The notes: generated by a model from the sequence alone, not told the origin. Shown: positions 1-13,245, counted from the first letter of the whole stretch. The stretch is 63,930 nucleotides of DNA, filler included, from Chiloscyllium plagiosum (GCF_004010195.1; 6 parts of one record of this genome joined end to end with filler, not necessarily neighbours in it); one strand, 5' to 3'. Program-made: numbers and translations.

Positions 1-959
1 AGATTTGGTGACCCAATTCTGGATGGAGAATGGGAACTGTAGTTAGACTTTCTGGGTGTGTAACATGAACACCAAATGGAGCAGACGCTTCAGAGACGGG
101 AAGCTTTGAAACCACACAGTGAGGGTGTGTGGGGAAAGGGATCTGCTGTATCCACCTTGGGTTTTCCAGGAACAGCTTCCCAAGCTACACTTAACCCAGG
201 AGCAGAGTGTGAGGGGACCCTGACTGAACAAGGAGCTAGTCACAGAGCGATGTCACCTCCATCAACACGACCTGCAGCTTCACACCAGGGGGAGGATGGT
301 GCTGCCAGTGGCTGTTAGGGTAACTGTTTCATTCAGCTTCTATGATCCAGAACTTTCCAGGCAGGTCTAGGTGACATATCCGTCATTTCCCAGTATTTCA
401 ATATCAATGTCACCATTCGGTAATGGAGGGCATATATGCTGGATGAGGTAAATACATTGTTTCTCCCTCAGCAGGAAGCTGCCGGGTGTATCCAGTATAG
501 TGGGATTCCCGGTGGTGTACATGGCATCTGCGGAGTACCCATGTCAATGGGGAGAGGTAGAGGAACTGAAGGAGCTCTCTCTCTATTAATGTTACAGTGT
601 ACCCAGGCACAGTACATCATGTTGGTGAATACCCACTGTCCTGGCAGCAGTCATGGCCTCTTCATTCAGAAGCAGTCCACCATTCCCATAGTCACCGGTT
701 CTCCACGTAGAAAGAAATGAATATATCTTAGATAAAGGCCGTCCCCTTGATGCATGTTTCAAAACACCATCCCCACCACCAATCAACCACATCAAAGTAT
801 TCCATGTGTACGGAGAGCTTGGGGTCACTTGGACTGTCTGGGAGCTGACGATCAGGGATGGAGCAAAACCGCCCATGTCTGAACGGATCTGAGTGAACAC
901 CCCAGTACACAGTATCATTAAGTCCCGTAATCCCTCTCCATTTCAGTAACATATTGTTT

Positions 960-2450
960 TCCATTATTTCTGTAAATGAAATGACAGGTTATATCATGTT
1001 AAATTCCACCTGCCAAACTATTATCTATTGTCTTTACCTCTCTGAATCTATTTGCAGACTCTCCACCCTCGCTTGATAATTTAATCTCTTGCTTATCACA
1101 GCGACACCACCAAACCCAGCATCTGTATATCTGCTCCATCCACCTGATCATTGATATAGATTGTAAATAGTTGAGAACCCAGCGCTGGTCACTGTGTGAC
1201 CCGACTGATTACGTTCTGTCTCACTGATTGAGACTGATGTATCATGAGTGCCTGCTTCCTGTACGATACCCTCTCCTTCTCCATTCCTGTGCAACACAGT
1301 CGAAGAGTTGAATAAGAACAAGGATCACCTGTGAGGAATCCAACCCCTCGATGAGGCTGATGTCAACGCGCCCTCTGTTCCACTTTCCTGCCATCTCTCC
1401 ATCCTAAAACTCTAGTCTCTTGCTGTAGATTGCACCACATGAAAAAAATCAACTCCACATCTACATTTTCAATTACTTTTAGCATTTTACAGACCTCAAT
1501 GAGATCTCCTTTCATTCTCATAAACTCGAGAGTATAGGCCGAAACTGCTCAATTTCTCTTCATAAGACAAACACTTCAAATATGGAATCAATCAAATGAA
1601 ACTCTTCTGAATTGCTTCCAATGGAAATACCACATTCTGCAGGACACCCAAACTGTACTCCAGTTGCAGCCTCACAAATGCCTTGCATAGCTATACCAAC
1701 ACTCACTATCTTTCTTCTCTATCCTTTATATACATAAATACTGAAATTATGCTTGCATTTCTAATTATTGCAGTACACGCAGGCAGGTTTTCTGTGATAT
1801 GCAAGCAGACACCCAGATCCCTCTGCACCTAAGCACTTTGAACTTTCTCTTATTTAGATAATAATTTGTCTTTCTATTATACTGGCCAGCTTGAATAGCC
1901 CCATATTTATTCACTTTAATTTTCCTTGCCAAATGTTGGCCCATTCACCCAACCTATCCATATAGTTTTAATATCTCTTGCATAATCATTCCGAAGTAAT
2001 TTCCCACCGATGTTAGTGTCATCTGAAAATGTGGTGTCGTTCTTTCTAACCCGTCAACCGAATACAGTAGTACCGTCGATCACAAACGGTTGAGGCATGA
2101 GTTCTGAAATCAATGGCACCTCACAAATTGCATTTGCCAAAAGAAAATTACACATTCATTCCATCTGACTACATTTTGTTGGTTAACTAATCCTCCATCC
2201 AAGCTAATAAGTTACTCCTAAACCCATGTTGTCTGATCTTACCACTTACTCTTTGGAGAAGCGACATATCCGATGCCTTTAGGAAGACCAGATATGTTCC
2301 ATCTCCAGGATTCCCACGATCCACCTTATTTGTAACATCATCAAATAACTCAAGCAAACAATTCAAACACGATTTAGCCTTCGCAAAACCATGTTGACTG
2401 ACGAATTGTGGTTTAACTTTGCAAATTTCCTGAACAATGGATTCTAACAA
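960..2450 (-). mobile_element. Degraded CR1-type LINE fragments (ORF2 reverse transcriptase and 3' region)
   Basis: ORF 2187..2450 reads QHGFAKAKSCLNCLLELFDDVTNKVDRGNPGDGTYLVFLKASD, matching the CR1 RT pattern QHGF..SCLTNL.EF...VD.G..VD.VYLDF.KAFD. Boundaries approximate. Confidence 0.8.
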
Positions 2451-2599
2451 TTTGCCTTAAATTACAATAGTTTATTGTTACTCTTTACTCCCTAATGCAT
2501 ACCATTATTATAAGTTCTTCACTTTCGAAATCCTTTACGTTTTCTTTGAATTCCTGTTTAATGGGCACAAGGCGTTAAGAGATCTGCTCCAGTTGCTGA

Positions 2600-3280
2600 G
2601 TAAGAGCCATGTGTGGATGAATGGACTCATCATCCTGCTGGTGTACAAACTCGATGGGCTGACGTCTTTCTGGTGTTCCCATGTTGCCATCTCCAAGGCC
2701 AGAATGACCGCCTCCTGTTGATGCTTTAGATGATTGTGAGTTTATAGAATCTTCCTGTTGCTGGGTAACATTTTGAGGGGCTGATGGGTCTTCTCATACC
2801 TCTCCATAATAGGTGGAAATACTGAACGGTCTCCTCATGTATCCCGGAGATGGGACCGAGGGATTGATTGGTCTTTTCTTGTTCTCATACAACAGACACG
2901 TGTCTAAATTACCTCTTCCTTTCTCATGAAAGATTTCTCAGATTGTTTTTATCCTTATCCAATTCCCTTGCAATAGGCTCGGTGGATCTGAATGGCCTCC
3001 TGTTATCCCAGTGTAACAATCTCCAGTCACTGTGTGAGCTCTTACAGTTCCTGTGTTACAGACAAGCGGAGGCTGAATGGACTGAACTTATTGCTGTTTA
3101 ACAGGATACTGGTGCAGCATGGCCTACTGTTATAGGCTCGTGGGGCTGATTGGCCTCCTTCTGTAAATGTATGTCAGGCTCCAGGGGCTGAATAACAGGA
3201 TCGAAGGCCTGAATATCCTCCTGTTGTTTCTGTGTAACAGGCTGGAGAATGGAATGGTTCCTCCGTTATCTCTGTAATTC
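2600..3280 (+). repeat. Degenerate ~40-bp tandem repeat (AACAGGCTC..GGGCTGAATGGCCTCCT..TG-like unit)
   Basis: Recurring GGGCTGA(A/T)TGGCCTCCT and TGTAACAGG motifs, e.g. near 2975-3020, 3135-3165, 3175-3240. The unit resembles the GGGCCGAA(T/G)GGCCTG 3' tail of shark CR1/HE1 elements. Confidence 0.5.
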
Positions 3281-4184
3281 GCTTCAGTTGTTGATTCCTT
3301 CTCTCATCTATGTTGAAATAAGATCATCCTTAATTTTTGTAAACTCCAATGATTACTGGGTCAACCTGATCATCCTTTCGTTATAAGCTTGCACCTTCAT
3401 TGCAGGAATCATCTCTGAACTGCTTCCAATGTAACAACATCCTTTCTTCATTGAAGAGACTAAATCTGTACACACTGCTGCAGACGTGATCTCACCAAGG
3501 CCCTGTACAGCAGCAGCAATGCTTTACCACCCTGCTGTAAGGTTCCCAACCAGGTTAGAGCAGTCTCACCTCACTGGGGGAATACAGAGCATTATTGGAA
3601 GATCATTGTCCTTCTCTACACCATCAGCATAACGGGATATCTGGGAAATTAAAGTTTGAGAAGATCATAAATGATGTGGCGAGATGATCTCTACTGTTAA
3701 TCTCCCCAGAGCCCACATCGCTCAGATTCCTCAGAATCGAGTAAGGTGGAGCGCAAAAACAGCAAGGGGGAGCAAACATTGATGGGAGTTATATATCAAA
3801 GTGAAAGCTGCAATACAAATGCTGGATATGTTATAAATCAGGAAATGAGATATACACATTTGAGGGTACTGCAGTAATAATGTACTGTTTACATTATACC
3901 TAAACTGTGTTAACCCAAATGAATGCTAATGCTGGGAAAAATGGATTTCATGACCACGTGTGAGATGGTGTGCATGAACATTATGTCGACCACTGAGCTC
4001 GAGATCAGGTTATTTAGGAATTGGTGTTGAGTGATCACTTTTGAAACTTTTGCTGGAAAGGACCTTTTGGGAACAGTGACCACAATATATTGGTTTTCTT
4101 TTATGCTGTTTGAGTACACGGCAGTTTGTGTTGTATTTGAAGAAACCGTTATAAATCTGAGTCGTGCAAGCCCTGAAGGTGTGA

Positions 4185-4878
4185 GGAGAAAGTGGGGACT
4201 ACAGATGCTGGAGATCAGAGTGGAAGAGAGTGGTGCTGGAAAAGAACGTCAGGCAGCATACTAAGAGCAGATAAATCGATGTTTCGGGCATAAGCCCTTC
4301 ATCAGGAATGAAGCTTATGGGCCAAGGGGGCTGAGAGATAAATGAGAAGGGGGTGCGACAGGGGGGAGGTAGCTGGGATTGTGATAGGTAGATGAAGGTG
4401 GGGTTGAAAGTGATAGGTGATGAAGGGAGACAGAACGACTCATCTACTGCATCCAGTAAAACCAATGTGGTCTTCTCTACATTGGTGAGGCAGGAGGTCA
4501 ACTTGTGGATCATTTCAGAGAACATCTCTGGGACAGCCACATTGAATAACTCCATCGCCTTGTGGCGGAGCACTTTAACTTCCCTTTCCACTCTGCCAAA
4601 GACATGAGTGCCCTGGGCCTGCTCCATCGCCAAACCCGAGCCACCAGAAACCTGGAGGAAGAAAGCCTCCTCTTCTGCCTTGGGACCCTCCAACCACAGG
4701 GCATCATAGTGGATTTCCCCATTTCCCCATTTCCCCTAAGCTCACCTTATCCCACTCCAACCTTACAAGTCAGCACCGCCCTTTTGAACGTTCCTATATG
4801 TCCACCTTCCTTCCTATCAATCTGGTCCACCCTCCTTCCTCTCCGACTGTCACTTTCAACCCCACCTTCATCTACCTT
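4185..4878 (+). mobile_element. Penelope-like retroelement relic (GIY-YIG endonuclease C-terminus) with an inverted terminal segment
   Basis: From ~4440 the + strand reads IYCIQ*NQCGLLYIGE...VAEHFNFPFHSAKDMSALGLLH...LEEESLLFCLGTLQPQGIIVDF (GIY-YIG signature). 4185-4430 is the element's 3' tail in opposite orientation. Confidence 0.85.
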
Positions 4879-4879
4879 T

Positions 4880-7800
4880 TAGATGAAAGGAGGCAGCTTA
4901 GAAAAATGACAAGTGTTGCAGTAAGCCAGTGGATTCAGTGAAATGTAGGACCCAGCAAAGGATGATCAAGAAACTGAGAAGAAAATCAAAAAGCGAAAAA
5001 CCATGCAAACGAAAGAAAAACATAAAGACTGCTAAAAAGTGTCTATCTATGTATGAAAAAAAAAAGGCCAAATGTGGAACAGTTGGTGTGCGTTCAGGAT
5101 AATTTATTGCAGAGAACAGAGAAATCGCAGGGAAAAAAAACGGTTTATTTGTGTCTATCTTCATGGAAGAATGTCCAGAAATTCTTCCAGAAATACCAAG
5201 TGACCATAGGACTTGTGTATGTATAGTCTAAGATCATTCTTATCAGTGATGAGGTTATCTTTGAAAAGAAAGCTGGATTGAGTATTTATAAATCTGACAG
5301 ACTAGATGTACTTCATACAGGAATTTCAGAGGAAGCAGCAATAGACATGTTGATTGCATCGTGGATTTTCACTTTATTTTCCGATACATTCCGGAAAGGT
5401 ACTTAGCCAATCTGGATGAGGCAAAGTTATAAATATTATCCAACAGTTTAAGAAAGGATGAATTTGGAGAATGGTGAAACACAGACCAGTTATCTTGTCA
5501 TCCACAGTTAAGTATCTGGTGGACTCGATTACAAAGAACATGCTACTAGATATTTAGAAGGTAATAACATAACCGAGGAGTATGAGAATGCACCGATGAA
5601 AGGAAAACCAGAAGTGGCAAACATTTTTTGGAATGGTTTGAAGATGATTCTTGTGGACATAGGCAATGAAGAACCAATGGATAGTGTATAGTTAGATATG
5701 CATGAGCTTTTCTTAAGAACTCACACAGTAATCTCATAAGAAAATTTGAAGCGAGCGGTATTGGGAAGAACATATGCAAATTGGAAAGTAAAAATTAGGT
5801 TTACATTCATGTGAATGTAATTGGAATATAGAGGATGTAGTGCACCAGTTGCATCGAGCGTTGGTGAGACTAAACTTAGAGTATTGTGTATCGTTCGGAG
5901 TCCCAATCTAAGAAAGAATATACTGACTACAGAGGAACTGCAAAAGATATTCTCCAAATTAACCCCTAAATTGGCAAGGTTGGCTGACGGGGTAACTCAG
6001 CCTGTAATCTTGAGTTTCGAAACATGAGAGGTGATTGTATTGAATCTTAGAAACATCGAAAGGACTGAAGAACAGAGGGACATGAAGAAGTACAAGTAAG
6101 TGAGAACTGGGAGAATCCCACGATATTCTACACGGACAAGTAGAACAGAATAATCAGCAAACAGCTAGTGTTCATTAGAAACCAAAGGGGCAATCTGTGT
6201 GTCAAGCTGGAGAACATTGATGGATTGTTACATGAGACCTTCACATCTATTTTACTTGGGAGAAGGAGGATGCAGGTACAGAATTCAAGAAGATGGACTA
6301 GGAAGCTCTTGAACAGATTGATGTAAAATACGAGGTTTTAGGTTTGTTCTGGAGAAATTTGGACCAATCTCCATGTCTGAATGAGTTGTATCACAGATGG
6401 CTGTTGGGGTCAAGGGAGGAAAGACCCTGACTGAATATTTGAACTAGAATCTGACCATAGGGGTGGTGTCAGAGAACTGGAGAACTGCTAATACGATTCC
6501 ACTTCACAGTAAGGGTGGGAGAGATAGAGCAGGGAACTATAGACGAGCGAGTATTAGATCACTGTTAAGGAAAGTACTGTAGAAAATAGGGAAGGAGAAA
6601 AATAAACTCCCAATCAGAGTCGCAAGGTTTGATCAGGGATAATTATCATGACTTTATCAGAAGGCAGTCACATCTAATGGATTTGATTTAATTCGTTTGA
6701 GGAGATCGATTGTTTAGTTTTGTGGGAAGGCATTTGACATATTTCCAGCTGGGAAACTGAGAAATAATGTAAAATCTCACAATATGAAGGATAACTTGAC
6801 AAGTTACAAGGAAAACTGTCTTAGTGGCAGCAGGCAGAGCGTGGTGGGAGAAGGCTGTTAGTGTGACTGGAGACCAGTGTCCTCTGGTGTACCACAGGGA
6901 TCAGTGCTGTGTCCCTTATTGTTTGTATTATTCACAAAAAAAAGTGAATGTGGAGGGGCGAGGTGGAGAGTGGGGGAGGTGGGATAAGTAAGTGTATGTT
7001 TGACATAAAGATTGACCGGTTGGTTCGCAGTGAGGNNNNNNNNNNNNNNNNNNNNNNNNNNNNNNNNNNNNNNNNNNNNNNNNNNNNNNNNNNNNNNNNN
7101 NNNNNNNNNNNNNNNNNNNNNNNNNNNNNNNNNNNNNNNNNNNNNNNNNNNNNNNNNNNNNNNNNNNNNNNNNNNNNNNNNNNNNNNNNNNNNNNNNNNN
7201 NNNNNNNNNNNNNNNNNNNNNNNNNNNNNNNNNNNNNNNNNNNNNNNNNNNNNNNNNNNNNNNNNNNNNNNNNNNNNNNNNNNNNNNNNNNNNNNNNNNN
7301 NNNNNNNNNNNNNNNNNNNNNNNNNNNNNNNNNNNNNNNNNNNNNNNNNNNNNNNNNNNNNNNNNNNNNNNNNNNNNNNNNNNNNNNNNNNNNNNNNNNN
7401 NNNNNNNNNNNNNNNNNNNNNNNNNNNNNNNNNNNNNNNNNNNNNNNNNNNNNNAGATCAATGGCAGATAGAATGTAACCCTGATAAATATGAGGTGATG
7501 CACTTTGGGAGAAGGAACCAGACAGGGGAGGACTCAATGAATGGCAGCACACTGGGAAGCTCAGAGTGTGCTTCTCCACACATCCCTGAATGTGACTGGA
7601 CAGGTTAATGGGCTAGTTAAGAATTGGACCTTGGGTGTTGCGTTTCCTAATCAGGGTGTAGATTATAAGAGCGAAACAGGGCTTTGGTTCTTCCAAATTC
7701 TGAGTACTGTACGTAGCTCTGGGAGCCACATTCCAGGAAGGATGTGATTGTACTGGAGAGGGTGCAGAGGTGATTCACCAGGATGTTCCCTGGGATGGAG

Positions 7801-8790
7801 CATACCAGCTATGGCGATAGGCAGGATAAGCTCGGGTTGTTTACTTTGGAGCAGAGAAAGCTGAGGAGTCAGTGATTCAGAAGGATAAGATTTTATAAGC
7901 GACACGGACAGGGTGGATAGGCAGCAGCTATTCCTTTTAGTAAGAGGGTCAAGAACAAAGGACCATACTTTTAAAGTGAAGAGTTTGAAGTTCAGAGATG
8001 ATTTAAACATTTTTTCACCTCGAGGGTGTGGGGTTCTGGGGTTACTTCTTCAGAGGGGAATTATCACGGGTAACCTCACAATCATTAAAAAGTACTTGGG
8101 CGAGAAATTGGAAGTGTCATAACATTCCAGGCTACGGGTCTGCTGTAGGAAAGTGGGACTAATATAGATCGTGCTGTATTTCTGTCGGCATAGAGGCTAT
8201 GCCCCTTTGAGTGGATGGCGTGGAAGGTCAATTATTGAGCAGTTTAAGGCAGGAATTGATGCCTTTCTGAAGAGTTATATTGTAAGGGTTATAAGAGTGA
8301 ACTGTACTAGCTTGTTAAATTATGTCAATGTGAGAAATGAGAAATCAAGTGCAGTTTCCTTACAGTTTGAAACCAGAGAATAGAGAATAGGAAACAGGGA
8401 AATGGCAGAACTAGGAAGCCTGTACTTCAGTTCTGTCTTCACAGAACTTTCAAACAATACAAGGAAAACCATTTCTGGTGTGGGAAAATGATAGAGAACA
8501 TGGAACATAGAACATTGTAAGGAGATGGTTCAGGAGAAATTATTGTGGCTGAGAGTAATGGTCATAGGCAACACTAACATAGATTTATGAAATGGGAATT
8601 ATGTTTGAGAAACAGACTGGAAGACAAATGAAAGAGAAACAATAGATGCAAAACATGTTGATTTTTAGAAAGATTTTGGTAAAGCTCCAAGCCCAATTTG
8701 CAAAATCAAATCTGAGTGGATTGGGGCTAATATATGGACATGTTTCTAGAATGGGACAGCTGGCAGGAAACTGTGAATAGAAATAAACAG
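4880..8790 (+). mobile_element. Cluster of nested, degraded CR1-type LINE ORF2 fragments
   Basis: RT remnants: SGVPQGSVLCPLL at ~6883-6920, QWQIECNPDKYEVMHFGR at ~7460, LERVQR*FTRMFPG at ~7753. Many stops and frameshifts; N gap at 7036-7454. Confidence 0.8.
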
Positions 8791-8809
8791 ACTCGTCAAG
8801 CAACAGCCT

Positions 8810-10846
8810 GACATTGTCTGTAAGGTATGATTCTGTGTGTATAACTATGTCCCATTCTCCCCATTACCTTCCCCAGATATCCTGTCTCATCAGCAGGAAG
8901 GACACAGCAGAAGTGGCGGCACAGTGGGATACAGTTGGAAGGGAATTACTCTTGGAGTCCTCAACAGTGACTCCGTATCCCATGAAGTCTCATGGCATTA
9001 GTTTGCACATGGGAAAGGAAACCTCCTGCTGATTACCATGTACCAGCCTCTCTCAACTGATGAATCAGTACTCCTCCATGCCGACCAACACTTGGAGTAA
9101 GCAGTGAAGGTAGCACGGACGCAAGATGTACTCTGGCTGGGGGATTTCAATGTTCACCACCAAAAGTATCTCAGCGATAGCATTACTGATCGAGCTGGCC
9201 ATGTCCTAACGGATATAACTGCTAGACTGGTTCTGCAGCAGGTGGTGAAGGAACAAACAAGAGGAAAATACATACTTGACCACAGCCTTACTAATCTGCC
9301 AGTTGCAGAAATATCTGTCCATGACATTATCGGTAAGAGAGACCACCGCATAGTCATTGTGGAGACAAAGTCACACCTGCACAATGAGAATACCCTCCAC
9401 CATTTTGGGTGGTACGATCATGGTGCTAAATAAGGCAGACTTCGAACAGATCTAGCAGCTCAAATCTGGATGTCCATAAGGTGTTGTGGGTCATCAATAG
9501 CAGCCAAATTGTACTCCCACATAACCTCAAGGCCTGGCATATCGCCCTCGCAACAATTACCATCAATCCAGAGGACTAACATTGGTTCAATGGATTGTGC
9601 AGGATGGCCGGAGCAGCACCAGGCATACCTGACAATGAGGTGTCAGCCAATTGAAGCCAGCAAACAGGACTACTTGTGCACCAAACAGCATAAGCAGTAA
9701 GTGATAGACAGAGCTAAATCATCCCACAAGCAACGGTTCAGATCTAAGCTCTGCAGTCCTTCCACATCTGCCGAGAAACATTGGGGACAATTAAACAATT
9801 CACTGGAGGAAGAAATTCCACAAATAACCCCTTCCTCCATGATGGAAGAGCCCAGCACTTCAGTGTATAAGTTAAGGCTGATGCATTCGCAACAATCTTC
9901 AGTCAGAAGTGCTGAGTGGATGATCCATTTCAGCCTCCTCCAGTGGTCCTCAGCAATTCAGCTACCAGTCATCAACCAATTCGATTCAGTCCACGCGATA
10001 TCCAGAAACGGTTGGAGATACTGGATACTCCATAGTGTCCATAATCTGAGAACATTCTGGCAACAGTACTGAAAACTTGTGCTCCATAGCTTACCCCTCC
10101 TCGAGCCAAACTGTTTTAATACAGTTACAACAATGGCATTCCCCGATTATGTGGAAAATTACCCCAAGTATCTCCTATATATAAAAAGCAGAAGAAATCC
10201 AATCCGGCCAATTCCCACTCCATCAGTCTACTCTCGATCATCAGTAAAGTGGTGGAAGGTCTCAGTGCTTTTAAGCAGCACCTGCTCAGCAGTACCCTGG
10301 TGAATGACGCCCAGTTTGGGCTCCACCAGGGCCACTCAGCTCCTGACCTCATTCCCGTGGTTCAAACATGGACAAAAGAGCTGAATTCCAGAGGTGAGGT
10401 GAGACCAATAGCCCTTTAAATCAAGGCTGCATTCGACCCTGTGTGGCATCAAGCGCCTGAGCAACACTGGAACCAATGGGTATCAGTGGAAAAATCCCTG
10501 CTGGTTAGATTCATACCTGACACGTAGGAAGATGGTCATGGTTGATGAAGGTCAGTTAACTCAGCTCCAAGTCTGTAGGAGTCCCTCTCGCAGTGACCGA
10601 AAACTTCTTCAGGGCTGCTTCATCAATGATCTTCCCTCCATTTTAAGGTCAGAAGTGGGGATGTTCGCCAATGATTGTACAATGTTCTGCAACATTTGTG
10701 GCTTCTCAGATACTGTAGCATTCCATTTTCAAATGTGATAAGATCTGGACAGTATCCAGGCTAACAAGTGGCAAGTAATATCCAGGCCACACGAATGCCA
10801 GACCATGACCATCACCAATAAAATACAATCTAACCTGCCCCTTGGC
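8810..10846 (+). mobile_element. Non-LTR retrotransposon (CR1/L2 group) ORF2 relic: APE endonuclease plus RT
   Basis: ORF 9104..9433 has WLGDFNVHH...TRGKYILD...RDH (APE motifs). Downstream: QFGLHQGHSAPDL, IKAAFDPVWH, FINDLP..EVGMFANDC (RT). Frameshifted. Confidence 0.85.
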
Positions 10847-11346
10847 NNNNNNNNNNNNNNNNNNNNNNNNNNNNNNNNNNNNNNNNNNNNNNNNNNNNNN
10901 NNNNNNNNNNNNNNNNNNNNNNNNNNNNNNNNNNNNNNNNNNNNNNNNNNNNNNNNNNNNNNNNNNNNNNNNNNNNNNNNNNNNNNNNNNNNNNNNNNNN
11001 NNNNNNNNNNNNNNNNNNNNNNNNNNNNNNNNNNNNNNNNNNNNNNNNNNNNNNNNNNNNNNNNNNNNNNNNNNNNNNNNNNNNNNNNNNNNNNNNNNNN
11101 NNNNNNNNNNNNNNNNNNNNNNNNNNNNNNNNNNNNNNNNNNNNNNNNNNNNNNNNNNNNNNNNNNNNNNNNNNNNNNNNNNNNNNNNNNNNNNNNNNNN
11201 NNNNNNNNNNNNNNNNNNNNNNNNNNNNNNNNNNNNNNNNNNNNNNNNNNNNNNNNNNNNNNNNNNNNNNNNNNNNNNNNNNNNNNNNNNNNNNNNNNNN
11301 NNNNNNNNNNNNNNNNNNNNNNNNNNNNNNNNNNNNNNNNNNNNNN

Positions 11347-11625
11347 GGTTCGAGTCCCACCTTGGCTGATGGTTCAACTTGGAATCAATACTTTTTTTTA
11401 AAAATCTGAAGTTTACAATCTACTGATGACCATGAAATTATCGTCGGAAAAACTCATCTGGTTCACTGACGTCCTTTAGGGAAGGAATTGAGCCTGGTCC
11501 TTACCTGGTCTGGGCCTGCATGTGACTCCAGGCTCTCAGCAGTGTGGTTGACTCTGAGCAGCCCTCTGGGGCAATTAGGGATGGGCAATAAACGACGAGA
11601 CCCTTGTCCCATGAATGAACAAAGT
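11347..11625 (+). mobile_element. Shark SINE (DeuSINE/SacSINE1-like) with a LINE-derived 3' tail
   Basis: Box-B-like GGTTCGAGTCCC, core CATCTGGTTCACT..GTCCTTTAGGGAAGGAA, tail GGGCAATTAGGGATGGGCAATAAA. Family name is from recall. Confidence 0.6.
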
Positions 11626-11714
11626 GATAAAATGCACTCTACGCCTGGGTTAAAGTCACGAGATTTTTGCCCCACCCCATTCGTATCACAAGGGCCCACA
11701 ATGTCAGCCTAATG

Positions 11715-11920
11715 GATGGGTTTCCTCGGGGTGCTCCACATTCTTCCCACAGTCCAAACATGTGTCAGGTCAGGTGAACTGGCCAGGCTGAAATGTGCAT
11801 TGTGTTTGGTGCATTAGTCAGGGGTAAATAATAGGATAGGGACATGGGTCTGTTCGGAGGGTTGGTCTGGACTTGTTGGGCCGAGAGGACTGTTTCCATA
11901 CTGTAGTGAATCTAATCTAA
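11715..11920 (+). mobile_element. 5'-truncated HE1 (V-SINE)
   Basis: Aligns by eye to the 3' two-thirds of the full copy at 54445-54760 (GGGTTTCCTC..CCCACAGTCCAAA..GGACTTGTTGGGCCG..AATCTAATCTA). Confidence 0.8.
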
Positions 11921-11965
11921 ACTCTCTCGCTCTCTCTCCCCCTCCACATCCCTCCCCAAACACAG

Positions 11966-12109
11966 GAACACGTCATCGATGCCCCTCGCCCCTACTATCG
12001 CTGGGATCACTCGGCTGAGCCTGACCACTGGTTTGATGCAGCTCAGGTCTGGGAGGTCAAGTGCGCTGACCTCTCCATCTCCCCGGTTTACAAAGCAGCG
12101 TTGGGACTG
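11966..12109 (+). CDS. LIG1: DNA ligase 1, third-last coding exon (OB-fold)
   Basis: cacAG|GAA...CTG|GTgcgt; 144 nt, phase 0/0. Encodes [48 protein letters not shown], matching LIG1 PDHW...[17 protein letters not shown]. Not in the ORF track. Confidence 0.96.
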
Positions 12110-12484
12110 GTGCGTGACATTGAGGGAGGGGGATCGGGGTGGAGAGAGAGAGAGTGGGATGGGGAAGAGAGAGCAGGGCTGGGCGTGGGGTGGGGTCGAG
12201 AGTGAGGGCAAGGCTGGGNNNNNNNNNNNNNNNNNNNNNNNNNNNNNNNNNNNNNNNNNNNNNNNNNNNNNNNNNNNNNNNNNNNNNNNNNNNNNNNNNN
12301 NNNNNNNNNNNNNNNNNNNNNNNNNNNNNNNNNNNNNNNNNNNNNNNNNNNNNNNNNNNNNNNNNNNNNNNNNNNCCTCCTTTCCCTCCTCAGTTCTCCG
12401 TCACCTCTCTCCTTCCCCCATCCCTATGCCCCCCCCACCCCCATTACTGAGCTTACTGGTCTCACTGCTGATCCTGACCCTCAG

Positions 12485-12577
12485 GTGGACGAACAGAGGG
12501 GAATCTCGCTGCGGTTCCCTCGGTTTCTCCGTATCCGAGATGACAAGAAACCTGAGAATGCTACAACCAGCCAACAG
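12485..12577 (+). CDS. LIG1: DNA ligase 1, penultimate coding exon (motif VI, LRFPRF)
   Basis: tcAG|GTG...CAG|GTacca; 93 nt, phase 0/0. Encodes [31 protein letters not shown]. Confidence 0.97.
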
Positions 12578-13110
12578 GTACCAGGAACAGGGGGAGCGAG
12601 GGAGGGAGGGAGGGAGGGCGAGACTGACACAGACGCTGAGAGGGAGAGAGACAAGTGTAGGTGGATAAGCAGCTGATGTACTGGGAACAGGGGGAGGGAG
12701 GGAGGAGGATGGAGGGACGGAGAAAGACAGAGAGAGAGGGAGACAGACAGAGAGAGAGAGAAAAACACACAGACCCTGAGACTAAGAGAGAGAGAGACTG
12801 ACATAGATAGACAACCAGCTGATATACTGGGAACAGCGGGAGCGAGGGAGGGACAGAAAGAACAGCACAGAGAAACCATCCAACAGATACAGGAGGATCC
12901 AGCCAACAGGAACAGAGAGAGAGAGAGACACGTGGAGAGGCTGAGACAGAGAGAGGTACAGACAGTGAGAGAGAGAGCAACTGAGAAAGAGAGACAAAGA
13001 GAGAGATACAGACCGAGAATGGAGTAGTCTGAGAGGGAGAGTAAGATAGACAGAGACAGACAGAGAGACACAGACACCCAACCATCCGGTACTGGGAACA
13101 GGCAGTCAGG
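12578..13110 (+). repeat. Purine-rich (GA/GACA)n low-complexity intron with repeated copies of the splice-donor flank
   Basis: GAGA/GACA runs interleaved with variants of ACCAGCCAACAGGTACCAGGAACAG. Confidence 0.75.
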
Positions 13111-13245
13111 GATGAGATCCTGGGGAGAGTTCTTGTGGACATGCCTAGGATCCCATGGTAGAGGAATGGGTGTGGTGGATGAGGGACCGAGGAAGGGAAC
13201 CCTTGTCCTTGATTTGTTGACCAGCTGGTGCCTCTCCGTCCACAG

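Noticed and set aside
6928..7608. Long ORFs spanning N runs (also ~10706-11401, 21964-22601, 61542-62226)
   Set aside because: Open only because Ns contain no stop codons.
11979..12668. 229-aa plus-strand ORF over LIG1
   Set aside because: Wrong frame for the LIG1 exon; runs through an intron and an N gap.
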